A DNA stretch of 63,930 bases, the filler included, from Kipferlia bialata (lineage: Eukaryota): the NCBI GenBank assembly GCA_003568945.1. It is 4 parts of 4 records of this genome, joined end to end, with 100 filler letters (N's around TTAATTAATTAA, not from the genome) between each part and the next. Parts side by side here need not be neighbours in the genome. Positions count along the whole stretch, not along the records: positions 1 to 20,670 come from BDIP01000363.1; positions 20,771 to 41,439 come from BDIP01000364.1; 2 more parts are not named here. The stretch is one strand, 5' to 3'. Below, one piece after another: positions 12,689 through 25,859 of this stretch. The position numbers and the translations under genes are program-made. The notes under the pieces were generated by a model. That model saw nothing but the letters and a program-made list of their open reading frames with translations. It did no database searches and was not told the DNA's origin. Numbering within the stretch: the first letter of the stretch is position 1; each line of letters starts with the position of its first letter.

Positions 12689-13277
12689 CAATAGGTTGTA
12701 TAAGAGTACATAGTTTGTTGAATCCCAACTATGGATGACATAGTCCCGGCAAGGTACATACATATATATATGTATATATGTATTAATATATATACGAATC
12801 GATAGAGCACCTTATATGTGTATATATACAAGTATATATATATTGATCTCCGTGCCCACCATGGATGACATAGTCCCGGCAAGGTATGTGTGTGTATGTA
12901 TATATATGAGTATGTTTGTAATAATCAATAGAGCACCTTGTATGGGTATATTTTCCAAGAGAGCGTAGTTGTATATATGGTATACTGATCCCAACCCATG
13001 GATGAAGTGCCAGCAAGGTATATATATATATGTGTGTATGTACATATGTATGTATAGTTATATATATTCATTAAGGGATATATAGCATATAGTATACCTG
13101 TGCCCTCCCAACCATGGATGACATTGTCCCGGCAAAGTGTGTGTGTGTGTATTCATGGATATGTATGTGATACATATATAGATATCCATATGTGTGTGTA
13201 TTGGGGGATACTTGTATTATTATACTTGTGGGAATACCCGGGATCATTGTGGTGTGTGCATAGGTAATCGTGTTAGA

Positions 13278-13309
<32 letters not shown>

Positions 13310-16300
13310 TTCTTACCCCCCTAGGAATGACGTTGGTCTCCACGCCCTCCTCATCCAGCGAGTCAATGTCAGATACAACTCGGCAGTCAAGCTGGCACTC
13401 CACTTCAGCCGGTACGCGCATATATTTATATATAGTATGAAGGATATACTATTGTGTATGAATGTATATATACTGTATTTAATATATATGTTTTAAATGA
13501 ACTCGCCAGTCAAGCTGGCCCTGCACTTTAGCCGGTACGCGTAAGTTTCGTATATGACTTCGAGTATTTACATTCCTGAACTTGTCACGCGACATCTCTC
13601 TCACTTCTAGCTATGGTGATGTTGCCTCCATCCTTGTCTCTCTCTCTCTCTCTCTCTCCCCCCCCCTCTCTCTCTCACCTCTAGCTATGGCGATGTTGCC
13701 TCCATCCTGACCTGTCACAAGACACAGAGGGCAGTGGTCCAGTTCACTCAGGTGTGTATATGTATATATATATATGGGTGTATATGTATTATAGATAGAT
13801 AGATAGATAGATATACATACCATGAATGCCACAGCCATCCAGCACTCATACATATATATATTATATATGTATATGTAGAGTATAAGTATTGACTATAGAC
13901 TATATATGAATGTATACTCACCCCTAGGCCACCCACTGCACTGCCGCCATCCAGCACCCTGCCCCACCCCTCATTCCCCCACACGCACTGCTGACACACG
14001 CCAGAGGGTATGTATACATATATATTATATTTTGTACATTGTATGTATACCTGTGGGATCTCTCCCTCCCTCACCCTAGCAATGCCGATGTCGAGGCCTC
14101 TGTGGCAGAGCACTTCCAGGGCAGAAAGAGAGCCAGGGAGGAGGATGAGGTATGTGTGTGTGTGTATCTCCTATACTGCAATATGCTATTATATAGCAAT
14201 CTTTGTGGTGTAGGTAAGGTTGGAGATGTGCCCAACTCTCTCTCTCTCTCTCTCTCTCTACACCCTTTATTCACCCCAGGATGAGTCTGGGGAGTCTGTC
14301 CCCGGCTCCTCCCCCCCTGTCGCACAGATCGACACGGCAAAGCTCAGGCAGATTGACAAGTACGTGTATCACTATTTTTATATATATATATACATTTATG
14401 TATTAGTGAATGTATATATATATGTGTGTATTACCGTGTTGGCCAGATTGACACGGCAAAGCTCAGGCAGATTGACAAGTACGTATTATGATTATGTTCA
14501 TTTGTTATATATTTGTATATTTCACCCCCAGCTGTGACCATGAGTGTATATTTCTCTACTATTCTTATTGTTCATTCTTTTACTTTTCTCAATGTATACC
14601 TCACCCCCAGCACTGTGACCCAGACAACATGAATCCATTCATATATATATGCACATATGTCATATATATATGTTGCTTTTGCATATGTGTATCTATCTCA
14701 CCCCCAGCACCGTGACCCAGCTGTCCACCATGCAGACACGGCTCACAAAGGTATATCCTAATATATATACATAGATACATACCTTCATGTATATATAGGT
14801 ATATATAGGTATATATATATAGATATATGTATATGGTATATATACACAGCACTGTGACCCAGCTGTCCACCATGCAGACACGGCTCACAAAGGTACATAT
14901 ATAATGTGTATAGATACATACACACATGTATATAGTATATATATACACATGTCCATATGTTATATTACTGTATACATATATAGTGTAGTTGTACTTCTGC
15001 TGTCCACCATGCAGACACGGCTCACTAAGGTATGGATACTTTGATATAAATGAATATATGGGAGTATGTTTTACTTATTAGGTGTTCAAGTCATATATAT
15101 GTAGTAGTGTCTGTGTGTCTATATACACCTCATATCAGGACCGTGGCACCATGGTCAACACCCTGAGCCTCTCTCTCTCTCTCTCTCCCCCTCTTTCTCT
15201 CTCTCTCTCTCACCATATATATATATATATTCCTCACCCCAGGACCGTGGCACCATGGTCAACACCCTGAGTGGTGTGCAGGACGAGGCACAGGCAGAGA
15301 AGGTATATATGTATGTATATGGATATATTTACATATGAGTATATAATTGACTTATATTTATGTTTGTGTATGTGTTTACATTATATACTCTTAGTGGTGT
15401 GCAGGACGAGGCACAGGCAGAGAAGGTATGTACATATATATATATATATACAGTGTATATATATATATATAGGCACATGTATATGCATATATTGGGATGT
15501 ATACACTGAGTGGGGTGCAGGACGAGGCACAGGCAGAGAAGGTTAGTGTGTCTGTATATATATGTATGTATATATATAATCTTGCCAGTATGGACATGTC
15601 TAACCCCAGATCCGTGCCGGTGTGGCCAAGGTGGACAGTATATATATATATGTATATACCTCTATACATATAGCTATAGCTATAGACTCATATATATATA
15701 TGTATGTACATACAGCTAACCCCAGATCCGTGCCGGTGTGGCCAAGGTGGACAGGTCACTGGCAGTCATTGCAGCACAGCTCATCAAGGTATGGGTAGAG
15801 ACATACAGTATATAAATATATGTGTGATATATATGTAATGGTGTGTTAGCTTTTGTGTAGAAGACTTGGTCTCTGGCAGTCATTGCAGCACAGCTCATCA
15901 AGGTACAGTGAATACATGTAGAATAGCTGTGAATGTGTATATGTGTGATTTGATTGTTACGTACCCTCTGACCCTATCCTTCCCTCACCCCAGCTCACCA
16001 CTGCCCGTAACACCATGATTGCTGCGGCATCCACGGTCAGGTACATGGAATATGTACTAAATGTAGTGTATATATATATACAGACAGGGACATATGTATG
16101 AGTATACCTTCATAGATGGATATGTGGGTATATGCAGCATCCACAGTCAGGTAAATGGCATCAGTATTGCATCATCTTTACGTTCCAGGACATATGATTT
16201 GAGTGGCTATTATACTTACATAAGTGTCTCTCCCCTTACCCCTAGGCGCCCCCCCACCGTCAAGAGGGTACCTGTCGACAGCTCCAGACTGCACTACTAC

Positions 16301-17670
16301 ACCCTGGCACAGTACCCACAGGTAGATATAGTGTAGATGTGTATAGGTACTATATATAGATAGTGTAGAGTATAGATAGTATATTTTATAGAGAATTTAT
16401 AGTATATCGGCACTACTACACCCTGGCACCGTACCCACAGGTTTGGGTATATCTATAGTATATAGTGTAACAATCAGTATATGTCTATGTATATTTGTAT
16501 ATGCTACTAACCCCCAGTCCTGGCTCAACAACCCAGAGGCAGTGTATGTTTATTTAGAGTATCTGCTGTTTCTCAAATATATTAGTATAATGTATAGGTA
16601 GTATATATATTAGAGTCTATGTGTATAATTGTCCCTCACCCCAGTCCTGGCTCAACAACCCAGAGGCAGTGGCACACCACTTCGGAAAGGTATGTGTATA
16701 TAATGTAATACGCTATTGTATATATGTATATTTCAGAATTCCTCTCTCTTTGTATCTCTCTCTTCCCGTCTCCACTGTCCCTTCTCTCTCTCTCTGCTCC
16801 CAGCTGACATTCTCTCTCTCTCTATATATATATATGTATGTATTCGTGTACTCACTCTCAGGGCGGTGACCTTCTGTCTGAGGGCAACGGCAGCATCCAC
16901 CTCGGCGAGGGGTCCAAGGTTGGGGAGTATATGTATACTACCTATCCGTTGGATATGGTATCTCTCTCTCTCTTTCTCTTTCTCTCTTTGTGGGTGTATG
17001 TATATATATATATATATTCATATATTCATATATCCCTCACCTCTAGTCCCTAGTGACCCACGTCGGGTATGGCCCCCAGCTGGAGTCAGGCACCCTGCCC
17101 ACCCTCTACGTCAGATTCAAGGATAAGGTATGGGATAGTGCACACGTATATGTATTTACTATACCGTTAGTAAATACTAGAATTATTCGAGAGAGTGAAT
17201 GAACATTAGTCTATATTGATCATCAGTCTCTCTGACACTCTCCTTCTCCCTGCCATGTAGATTGTCTCTCTCTCTCTCTGTCTCTAACCCCCAGACCTCC
17301 TTCCTGCAGTGCTCTGAGCAGGGCCATCCCTCATCCACTGCAGAGGGAATCAGACTAGGTACAGAGTATATAGAGTGTTAACAGTACTGTAACTGTAAAT
17401 GAAACGGACAGTATCTCGTTCCTACCCAATATATAATACACTATAATACACTATTCTCTTGTACACCATTCATATATATGTTTATATGTCTAACACCCAG
17501 TATACTATGCCGTGCGTGGTCCCCTCAACGAGGCCATTGCCGTAACAGCTGTATGCAAGGCAGAGACTGAGGCAGAGGCAGAGGGAGAGGGAGAGGGAGA
17601 GGGAGAGCACGAGGCTGAGGAGGCCGAGGCCCCTATCCAGTTCACTAACGTGGTCAACGAGACGGCTTAG
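9253..17670 (+). CDS. RBM26/27-like RRM and coiled-coil RNA-binding protein, about 23 exons; 5' end missing
   Basis: Phase-consistent small exons with a charged coiled coil (KLKAEREEERERERLRDLEIKRQ). RRM1-like RYNSAVKLALHFSR|YGDVASILTCHKTQRAVVQFTQ resembles RBM26 'LNEHFSRFG'; a second RRM-like segment is EAVAHHFGK. TAG at 17668-17670. Confidence 0.55.
10622..11630 (+). repeat. 10 tandem copies (about 110-bp period) of branch point + AG + exon start (ctaacNNNcag|ATTGAGCTxGCCAAGAGGCAGGA); only the last copy (exon 11602-11680) is the full exon
   Basis: Copies seen near 10630, 10740, 10843, 10969, 11057, 11165, 11283, 11376, 11478 and 11601, separated by diverged TA-rich spacers. Confidence 0.95.
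12257..13140 (+). repeat. True exon 12257-12304 followed by 7 diverged copies of exon end + donor (CCATGGATGACATAGTCCCGGCAAG|gta)
   Basis: Echoes near 12385, 12496, 12631, 12724, 12843, 12988 and 13100. Confidence 0.95.
14522..15030 (+). repeat. Duplicated 43-nt exon (14708-14750 and 14850-14892) with partial echoes on both sides
   Basis: Both copies read CACxGTGACCCAGCTGTCCACCATGCAGACACGGCTCACAAAG flanked by AG and GT. Acceptor echoes near 14527 and 14607; donor echo near 14998. Confidence 0.9.
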
Positions 17671-17980
17671 ACGCTCTATACGCTCGAGACGGCCCAGAGA
17701 TGGAGAGAGAGAGAGAGTATTTGTGTGTGTTTTGTGTGCTTCTGGTGTGATGTATCTTAGCCAGTGTAGTGTGTTTCATTTAGTGTGATCCTCCATCCCT
17801 ATCTTATGGGACTGTAGGGAGGGGGTGACAAGCAAACGAGTATAAATATCCCAAAGTTGATTGATGGCTGAATATGTGTCTTTGATGGTGGTAGTGTAAT
17901 AGAGATGGCCTCTCTATGTATATCGAAGAGAGTGTCTAGTATTCTCACGCCCTCACTCTTCTCTCATTCCACCAGTCTCA

Positions 17981-19348
17981 ATGAGTGACGAGGAGAAGGG
18001 GGCTATACAGGTGGGGATGGTGTATTGTGCATAGCGTATCATTGTGGCCACGCTAGCCCTATATATATAGAATACGTGCGCACCATGAGTGTGTACTTGG
18101 CATCACTATGTGAGGCCTTACGCACAGACACTTTACAGTGCATCGTATATCACTAACGAACCCTCAGTGACAATGCTTAGTGCTGACGTGGGACACAATA
18201 ACATAACTGTCACATTTGTGCGAATATGTTCACACCCTTGAAGACAATAGGCGGTTCTACATATTATTTAATAATATGTAGAACATGTAATAATTATTAT
18301 TACGTAAGCATATGTTGCACCGACACCGCTGTTGTATACTAACACCCTAGCTCCTAGAGGCCCTGTCCCAGGATATGGCAGCAATAGAGGTCAAACAGGA
18401 GGCATACAGGGTATGGTTGTATAAGTAGTGTAGCATATACCCTAGGGTGTTCTATATACGGGATAGTATACACTCTATACAGTCTATATGCCTCATAGAC
18501 ATGGCAGCCATAGAGGTCACTCAGAAGGCATAGAGGGGTTGGCTGGAATCCCAGGTCTTCTTAACCAACACTGGATTGCTTCATACAAATTGCATATACC
18601 CTCTCACTCCAGACTGGAGTCTCCAGTTTCACTCACCAACATTATGATATGTATGTGTGTGTTTACTCTCTAGTAAAGAGTCTCTACCAAGACCAGTTCC
18701 ACGCCTCCCCGACTCTGTCCACACCCATATATACATGGTACCATATTTTCATATACAGTATATATATGTACTAGAGTGTAAGGTACACTATCCCTCTCAC
18801 TCCAGTTCCACGCCTCCCCCACCCTCTCCACACCCATTGTCCAGCTGTCAGCAGCACTATCACTGCCAGAGTGTGAGGGGGTGACGCAGGTACAAATATG
18901 TATACACGTACGTAGTATACAATACACATGTATATTGGGAGTGACACAGGTATTGATATGCTAGTATATACACAATCACTAGACCCTATCTCCGCCGACC
19001 CTGCTCTCTCTCACCCACCTCAGTATGACGCTGTGCCTTCCCCCTCCCCTCTCCCTCTCTCCCCTGTGTCAGTGGAGTCAGACGGAGACAGAGAGAGAGA
19101 CAGGGACACAGAGAGTGACACAAGTGCCAAGGTATAGAAATATTGTGTAGCATCTACAGGTGTATATAGAAGGAGAGGATATGACAAGGGTCTCGTTTCT
19201 CTCCTGTTCACTGAAGTAGAACTTTGCGACAGTGCTTGCCACGATGTACTATTACGCTGCACTTGTTACCCTACAGGCCGCCCCAAGTGTACACTCTCCT
19301 TCTCCGGCGTGTCTGTCTCCCGTCAGTCTGTCAGACAATGACGCCTAG
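17981..19348 (+). CDS. Hypothetical multi-exon protein
   Basis: Exons MSDEEKGAIQ|LLEALSQDMAAIEVKQEAYR|..FHASPTLSTPIVQLSAALSLPECEGVTQ|YDAVPSPSP..DTSAK|AAPSVHS..DNDA TAG with genome-typical splice sites. The middle exons are uncertain. Confidence 0.5.
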
Positions 19349-20192
19349 ACGCCTGCTCTGCCACCCAATACCTTGGTAGAGAGGGAGGACCTCCCTTAGA
19401 CAGGGGTTGCTGCATCATGGACTCTTCTTCACAACAACTGCACTGCAGTCTGTGGCTATGTGTTCTACGTAGAATCTACGGCTACCTAAAAGGACCCTTC
19501 AAATGTCATAAAGTCCCCAGTTTTGAAGCCAAATATTGCCCTTTCTGACTAGTATACTAGTAAACATCAATGACACCCCTAGCGAGTATTATTGTTATTA
19601 GTCACTACAAGAACCCAAGAATTCATATTTACTGTTAGACGACGACCTGTAGGCTAAAGACTGTGGGTCACAACCGCTGTGGCGGAGATACCAGTTGGCT
19701 TGATATAGTAGATTTAGTGTAGTGAGTCACTAATAGCGACACCATTATGTAAGACACTTCTGGCCAATAGAATGTCAGTATCATGTCATAAATCCAGCTT
19801 AATCAATAGCATCAGAAAATAGACAATCTGTCACAGCCTGACATATACAGGTCACCCCTGTGACTCACAGGCTGTGAGAACCAATGGGGGTAATTGTGCT
19901 GCGCGGTTTGTTCACTGGGCACTACTAGAATGCTGTATTGAACAGGGATTGCATCAGTTACTGTAACAGTCATCGGTATTGGGCGAAGATGGCCTCTAAC
20001 AGTGATACCATACGAGACTCGCATTGCGAGTATCTTCCACGCGTTGAAAGTTTCAATTTGATACCATATGCGGCGCAGATTCGGCGTCATCTACCTCACT
20101 TTCCAAAGACTAACAACCCCCTCAGGGGCGCCGTTCTCTACTTCTCCGTGTGCCATACAGTTTCCTCCCACCAATACTCCTGACACCACCTA

Positions 20193-20670
20193 ATGTCTGA
20201 CCCCAATCAACTCTTCATAGAGCACTGTAGAGCTAACATGAGGTTTCCCCACCAAAAAGCAGTGGCTGTTGGAAACAACACCCTGTCTTTCCATGATGCG
20301 GGTACCACTCTCACACTGGTGGGCCTGTGTGATGAAACATGTATTGAGAGACATGACTCTCCACAGATACCACGCTGGTGGAACTGCCAGTGTCCATACT
20401 ACATAGTATTTGAGTCTAGTCTCTACGTATACAATGGTAATGGCAACATTCTGCTGACTGTGCCACTGGATTCCTTGGAACAAACCATTCCGCAACTTGG
20501 TGTGTCAGTTGACAGGCGGGGGTTCGACATACTTGGTAGTTTCGGTCTTGGAGGAAAGTTGTTCTCGGTGTTCGAGAGTGAAGGGAGAGTCGATTCCCCA
20601 GAGATTGACCAGTGGACAACTCTGATGTACAACCCATCAGACGATCACCCAAGATGGGAAGTGTGTGTAT
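20193..20670 (+). CDS. Intronless divergent Kelch-type beta-propeller protein, truncated by contig end
   Basis: Open frame runs to the N-linker; segments FESSLYVYNG, GLGGKLFSVF and LMYNPSDDHPRWE resemble Kelch blades. Confidence 0.4.
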
Positions 20671-20770
20671 NNNNNNNNNNNNNNNNNNNNNNNNNNNNNN
20701 NNNNNNNNNNNNNNTTAATTAATTAANNNNNNNNNNNNNNNNNNNNNNNNNNNNNNNNNNNNNNNNNNNN
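20671..20770. other. Artificial contig linker (N44-TTAATTAATTAA-N44)
   Basis: Six-frame stop spacer of identical 100-nt design at three places in the window. Confidence 0.98.
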
Positions 20771-20891
20771 GTGGGGTTGTGGGGGGGGGGGGGGGGGGGG
20801 GGTATGATTTACAAAGCAGTTCATTCACTTCTGCTAACTACACTCACATACATGCAGAGAGAGAGACAAAGAGAGAGAGGCACACACGCAC

Positions 20892-20937
20892 CTGCCGCAC
20901 CCTCTGTACTAGAGGTCTCTCCCTCCCCTTCTGACAT
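20892..20937 (-). CDS. Possible first exon of a gene truncated at contig start
   Basis: ATG TCA GAA GGG GAG GGA GAG ACC ... GCG GCA G|gtgcgt (MSEGEGETSSTEGAA), followed by intron-like DNA ending in sense poly-C. Confidence 0.3.
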
Positions 20938-21483
20938 ATTGTCTGCTCTTCTCGCTGTCTTGTGTGTAGATTCGATGTGTGTACTACGTGATAGCTATGT
21001 AAGCTAGGCAGTAGAGACACAGTGGGGTCCACAAGGTGCGTACTAAGGGAGACCGTAGGAGACGTGTGACACATATCGATCCAGTTCAAAAATGAGGGTG
21101 TAACCCGTACCAACGTTCACCCACGTGTCTACATGTTTCTACACATATACAGCTATAGTTTCAGCTTCAAAGAGATATCCTCTCCCCTTCTCACCATAGT
21201 GTATCTTTGTAGTTTTCTAGATGGCCTAATAAATGGGAAGTTGGCAGTGATATACTCTGAAGTCACAGGCCGTGGCAGGGAGGGATAATCCACTATCTTT
21301 CATCATACCAGAGACGAGGAGTGGCTCAGATAGAAGGACAGTGAAGAGTAGATTAGAAGAGATATAGAAGTAGAGGACATAGAGAAACATAGAGACATAG
21401 GAGCAGTACAGAGACCATGGCAATTGGCACTCCAGGATCTGTGACACCAGTGGACCAGCCAGATACGAACACATATCCATATC

Positions 21484-21524
<41 letters not shown>

Positions 21525-21613
21525 CCATATACCTATACGAGTTGGTCAGCCAGATACGTAGTTCTATATATGGCCCATGATTGTTTACCTCGCTCTCTCT
21601 CCCTCTCTGACCA

Positions 21614-24600
21614 GCACTCCCCCAGCCACATAGAGTGTACTTCCGATGGGTCACACCCGTCATGTTGGCAGGTATAGGGTATATCCTATACCAATCAGTT
21701 CATGTATATAGTAGACTACTAATAGTAGTCATTCGTTAGTGTGTAACATTACTATTGTTACATTAGTATTCAGATGGGTCACACCCGTCATGTTGGCAGG
21801 TATTGTGTATATCCTATCTACACTGTAGATAGGATAATATCCTTGTAGATTCTACACCAATCAGTTCATGTATAGTAGTATTTCGTTAGTATTTGCCCAT
21901 CATGCTGGCAGGTGGTTTGTACACAATGGTATATAGAAATGAGACTCAACTAGAATGAACTCACCTTCAGTTGTGGGCTCCCTTATTGGCACGGCAGTGT
22001 ACAGATACAACACACAGGTGTGAGAGTCGTATTATCAATCACCATGTGCATATGAGTCATGTGAAATGACACCTAACACCAGCACTGGCCCTATACATCA
22101 TTCAAGTGGACACAGCGGTACATAAGGTAGGAGCTTGGAGTGTGGTTCGGGACTCCATTATATGTTCCTTTAGACACTAACCTCCAGTGACCTAGGCAAC
22201 CCTGGCTTTGCCCAGGACTGGCACATATTCACAACGGCAATGGTAGGTACGAAAACACACCCGCTACTGTCTCGCTACCATGAGTTAAGACTCACCATAC
22301 TGTATACACATACTCATTGGCATTTCTTCTCCTTCAGTATATGGACTCTCTGGGTCAGTCCGCCCGATACCCTCCTAAATTAGAGATTCTTACACTCTCG
22401 CTGCCCATCTCACCTCAGTCTGCGGTCTCTTTCTGCTCTGGCTGCCTGGGTCCCTGGCAGATGGTATCCACATCTATATAGTAGAGAGTCTCTGTACTCT
22501 TTGTAGACATATAGTATATACTATATAGTATAGTATAGAATAGAGTGTATAGTTCATCCAGTTGACTCATGCAGGTATCCACACCCTATTAGACCACAAG
22601 CACCCTGAGGACCGCAAGCTGAGTCTAGCCCAACGCATACACCGCCGAATAGTAGGGGTGGAGGTGTTACTCCTACGCATCGGGGCAGTATGCCTGGCCA
22701 TGATAGGAAAGTGTAGTTATAACATACAATCCATATACATGTGTATAGTTGAGATATGTCCCCACACATGTAGTATAGTATAGGTAGTTATGTGTATGCT
22801 AACCCCAGGGATAGTTAACAATGCGAGCACCCCCTTATTGACCTTCCACACTCACACCTTCACAGTGCTGGGCCATACCTTCAGTCTCAAGGGCTGGACC
22901 ATTGACAACCAGTACCTGCACATCAACATGCTGGTGTACTTTGTGGGGGCATACACATTCATCATCATGTAAGTGTATGCAATATGCATAATACAATTGA
23001 ATATTATAGAACATATTTCTGTTATATACAATAATTCCTCATTGCTGGTTGGCGTACTTTGTGGGGACATACACACTCATCATCATGTATGTATATGGTA
23101 GCTTACACCCGTCCTACATCATTATGTATCCGATACCCTGCTACTCATGTGTACAAGTGTACATATTGTGTGTCTCTGATTGCAACTTTGAGTCAAAGTT
23201 TGACGCCTTAACAGTATTTAGTTAACACCCTCACCCCCATGTACCACTGGCTGGGTGTGGCACTGGTCAGACTCATGTATACATGTGTATATACAGATAC
23301 TTATATATCTCTATACATTGCATATAGTATACCTCTACACTCTTACACTCATGTACCACTGGCTGGGTCTGGCACTGGTCAGACTCATGTGGCACAGAAG
23401 GGGGCTGGGAGCAGATGTGCAACCAGAGCAGCCATCAATCACAACACCAGTACAGGTCTGACTGGATACACTACAATACTATTGTGCTTTTACAGTGCTT
23501 CTATGTCTTCATTGTACTTTGTTACTATTCCTGTCGATATCATAGTGAGTAAAATGTACTCATATACTCAGTATATAATTCACTTAACCCTCAGGTCTCT
23601 GATGTTGCTGACACTGTGGATGCAAGTGACACTGCTGCCTATCCGATTGCACCTGCAGCAGTCGCGACAGTGACACAGCAGGATGCAGTCAGCCCCAGTA
23701 GTGGGTGTCCATCTAACCCAGCAGTGCCTACAAAGGAGGCATGGTCACTTGCATTTGTACTATATACACATGGATGCTATTCTCACGCTAGGTTACCACT
23801 ATCCCTCCTACAAGAACCACCCCCTCTCCCTTAGTTCTCTGCTCTGCTCTCATAGTGTCCCTAATAATGGAGTGGGTCCGTGTAGTCTAATAGCAGGTTG
23901 TTGTTGTACCTCCTACCCTCTCCCCCAGGGCTGTGAGGCAGCAGAGGACAGAGACCCTCATCCTGTTCTTCTTTGGAGTTGTGGTGCAGAACCTACTGCT
24001 GATTGTGTGTCTGGACTACACCCTGCTGTGGCTGTGGAAGGCACCGGAGTCATGTAGGTAAAGCCTTACATTACTAGTGTACACACATACAAATACCGTC
24101 AAGCATCATACTATCATGTCTACATATTTTGTATGTAGAACAGAGACTACGCTATATATATGTGTGTGGATTATCGCCTGACACCCAGCCACCTCTTTGT
24201 GCAGACCACCCTGTGCCCTGAGTACCCTCTGCTGGGACTGCCAGTCTTTGAGTGGGTATTGATAGGTGCGTATATACAGTATATTGTAAAACTGTATATA
24301 GACAATATATACAATCTATAGTAGGTGGTTGGGTAATATGAAGTGAGTACCCTCTGCTGGGACTGCCAGTCTTTGAGTGGGTGCTGAATCAGCAGCTGAT
24401 AGGTACTAGATGATAGATATAATATATATGTTATATACTATAGGTACTAGATGATAGTTATTATATATATGATATATATATACTATAGGTACTAGATGAT
24501 AGATATAATATATATGTTATACATATACTATAGTGATAGGTATATATACATACATAGGCTCCCAGTCTGTCCAGATTGTGGCTCACTTCCAGTCTGTCTC

Positions 24601-24709
24601 TCTCACTCCTCACAAATCTACTTACCTTTCTACCACTATAGGCTCCCTGGCGGTCCAGATTGTGGTTGCACCCAACATCGTACTGGCCATATACGCCAGG
24701 ATAGCATAG
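21614..24709 (+). CDS. Frag1/DRAM/Sfk1- or DUF998-like multi-pass membrane protein; 5' exons (about 21220-21560) unresolved
   Basis: Spliced: YFRWVTPVMLAVVGSLIGTAVY..QRYISDLGNPGFAQDWHIFTTAMVVCGLFLLWL..IGAVCLAMIG..QYLHINMLVYFVGAYTFII..LPVFEWVLIGSLAVQIVV..ARIA TAG. ISDxG, LH and FEW motifs with several hydrophobic helices. Confidence 0.6.
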
Positions 24710-25246
24710 AGAGAGGTTTAAACACCGGACAACAGATACACATAGGAGAGTCTCCTATGGAAACCACCATCCAGCACAGGGGTAATAAGTTATTACCGTA
24801 ATAACCAGAATAGAGATTCAAAGATGAAGAGCCCCACAAACACAATTCATTTGCAATATGAAATATTCATACTATGTATATATCGTATACGTATGCCTGT
24901 GGTGATGTGTCCCAGATTTGTAGGCGAGCCTTCCGACTCAGATATTGAAAGTATATCCGACAATGTGTGTTTCGAGCTACACTGATATATCAGTGTTCAA
25001 GTTCGACTATTGCTATTCCAGGCGTAACCACGGGTTGATCACACGGCTTCCTGGCCAATGCGTTTCTATGACCAGGATTCAGTAGAGTTCCTCCGTCTCC
25101 CTTCCTTGCCTAGATCAATTTCGCTTCCTGTTGGATCTGGTTCCTACACCCCTAAGACCAAACCGTATGGAACGTCTTTTTGATTGATCAATCAGTGTGA
25201 GGGCCATATATGTGTCAAGTCTCTCTTTTTGAACAGACATCAGTAG

Positions 25247-25859
25247 ATGATAGCTGTTGTTGCCTTGTGTCTCCTGTGTCTGCTGGTACCCACACTAGCC
25301 CAGGTGAGTGGGTTGTATTGAGAGAGAGAGAGATAGCAGGAGCTTGATCATGTTGTATCGTGTGTGTATTTACATTTTCATATCATAATATTTCTGCAGA
25401 TTGCTATGAATACATGCCCCCTTACCACCTATACAAGTGCATGCTCTGATTATTATGATATACATCCTTGCAATCTGGTATACCTTGCAATTACACCCAG
25501 TATGTGATGAGAGTCCGGAATAATTGCAATCTGAACAATCAGTGTCAACCAGTGAAAATGAATCTCTCTCTCTCTTCTTCCCCCCATCCTCTAGAAGTGA
25601 ATATGTATGCTACAGTATGCATATGGAATACTACTACTAGTACCTCACCCCAATGAACCTGCTAACCATGGACATATACTATACATGGGATTACATGCAT
25701 GGAGAGAGATTGATGTGCAATGTATCATACTTGTATTGTATGTGCATTGTATTCTACATATGCCTCACCCCAGGACCCCTGTGCCACATGCACCCTGATA
25801 GCAGACTCTCTGCAGGTGAGGACATCGTCTCTCACTCTCTCTCTCTCTCTCTCTACGTA

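Noticed and set aside
12070..13045. Numerous Ile/Tyr/Cys-rich ORFs (YIYIYI) in the ORF track
   Set aside because: They are translations of intronic (TA)n/(TG)n microsatellites.
20715..20726. TTAATTAATTAA palindrome within N runs (also 41484 and 62228)
   Set aside because: Artificial six-frame-stop linker; contig lengths 20670, 20669 and 20644 show length-sorted concatenation.
24975..25030. Palindrome acactgatatatcagtgt and a B-box-like gttcgac
   Set aside because: No cloverleaf or acceptor stem can be built; an isolated short palindrome.
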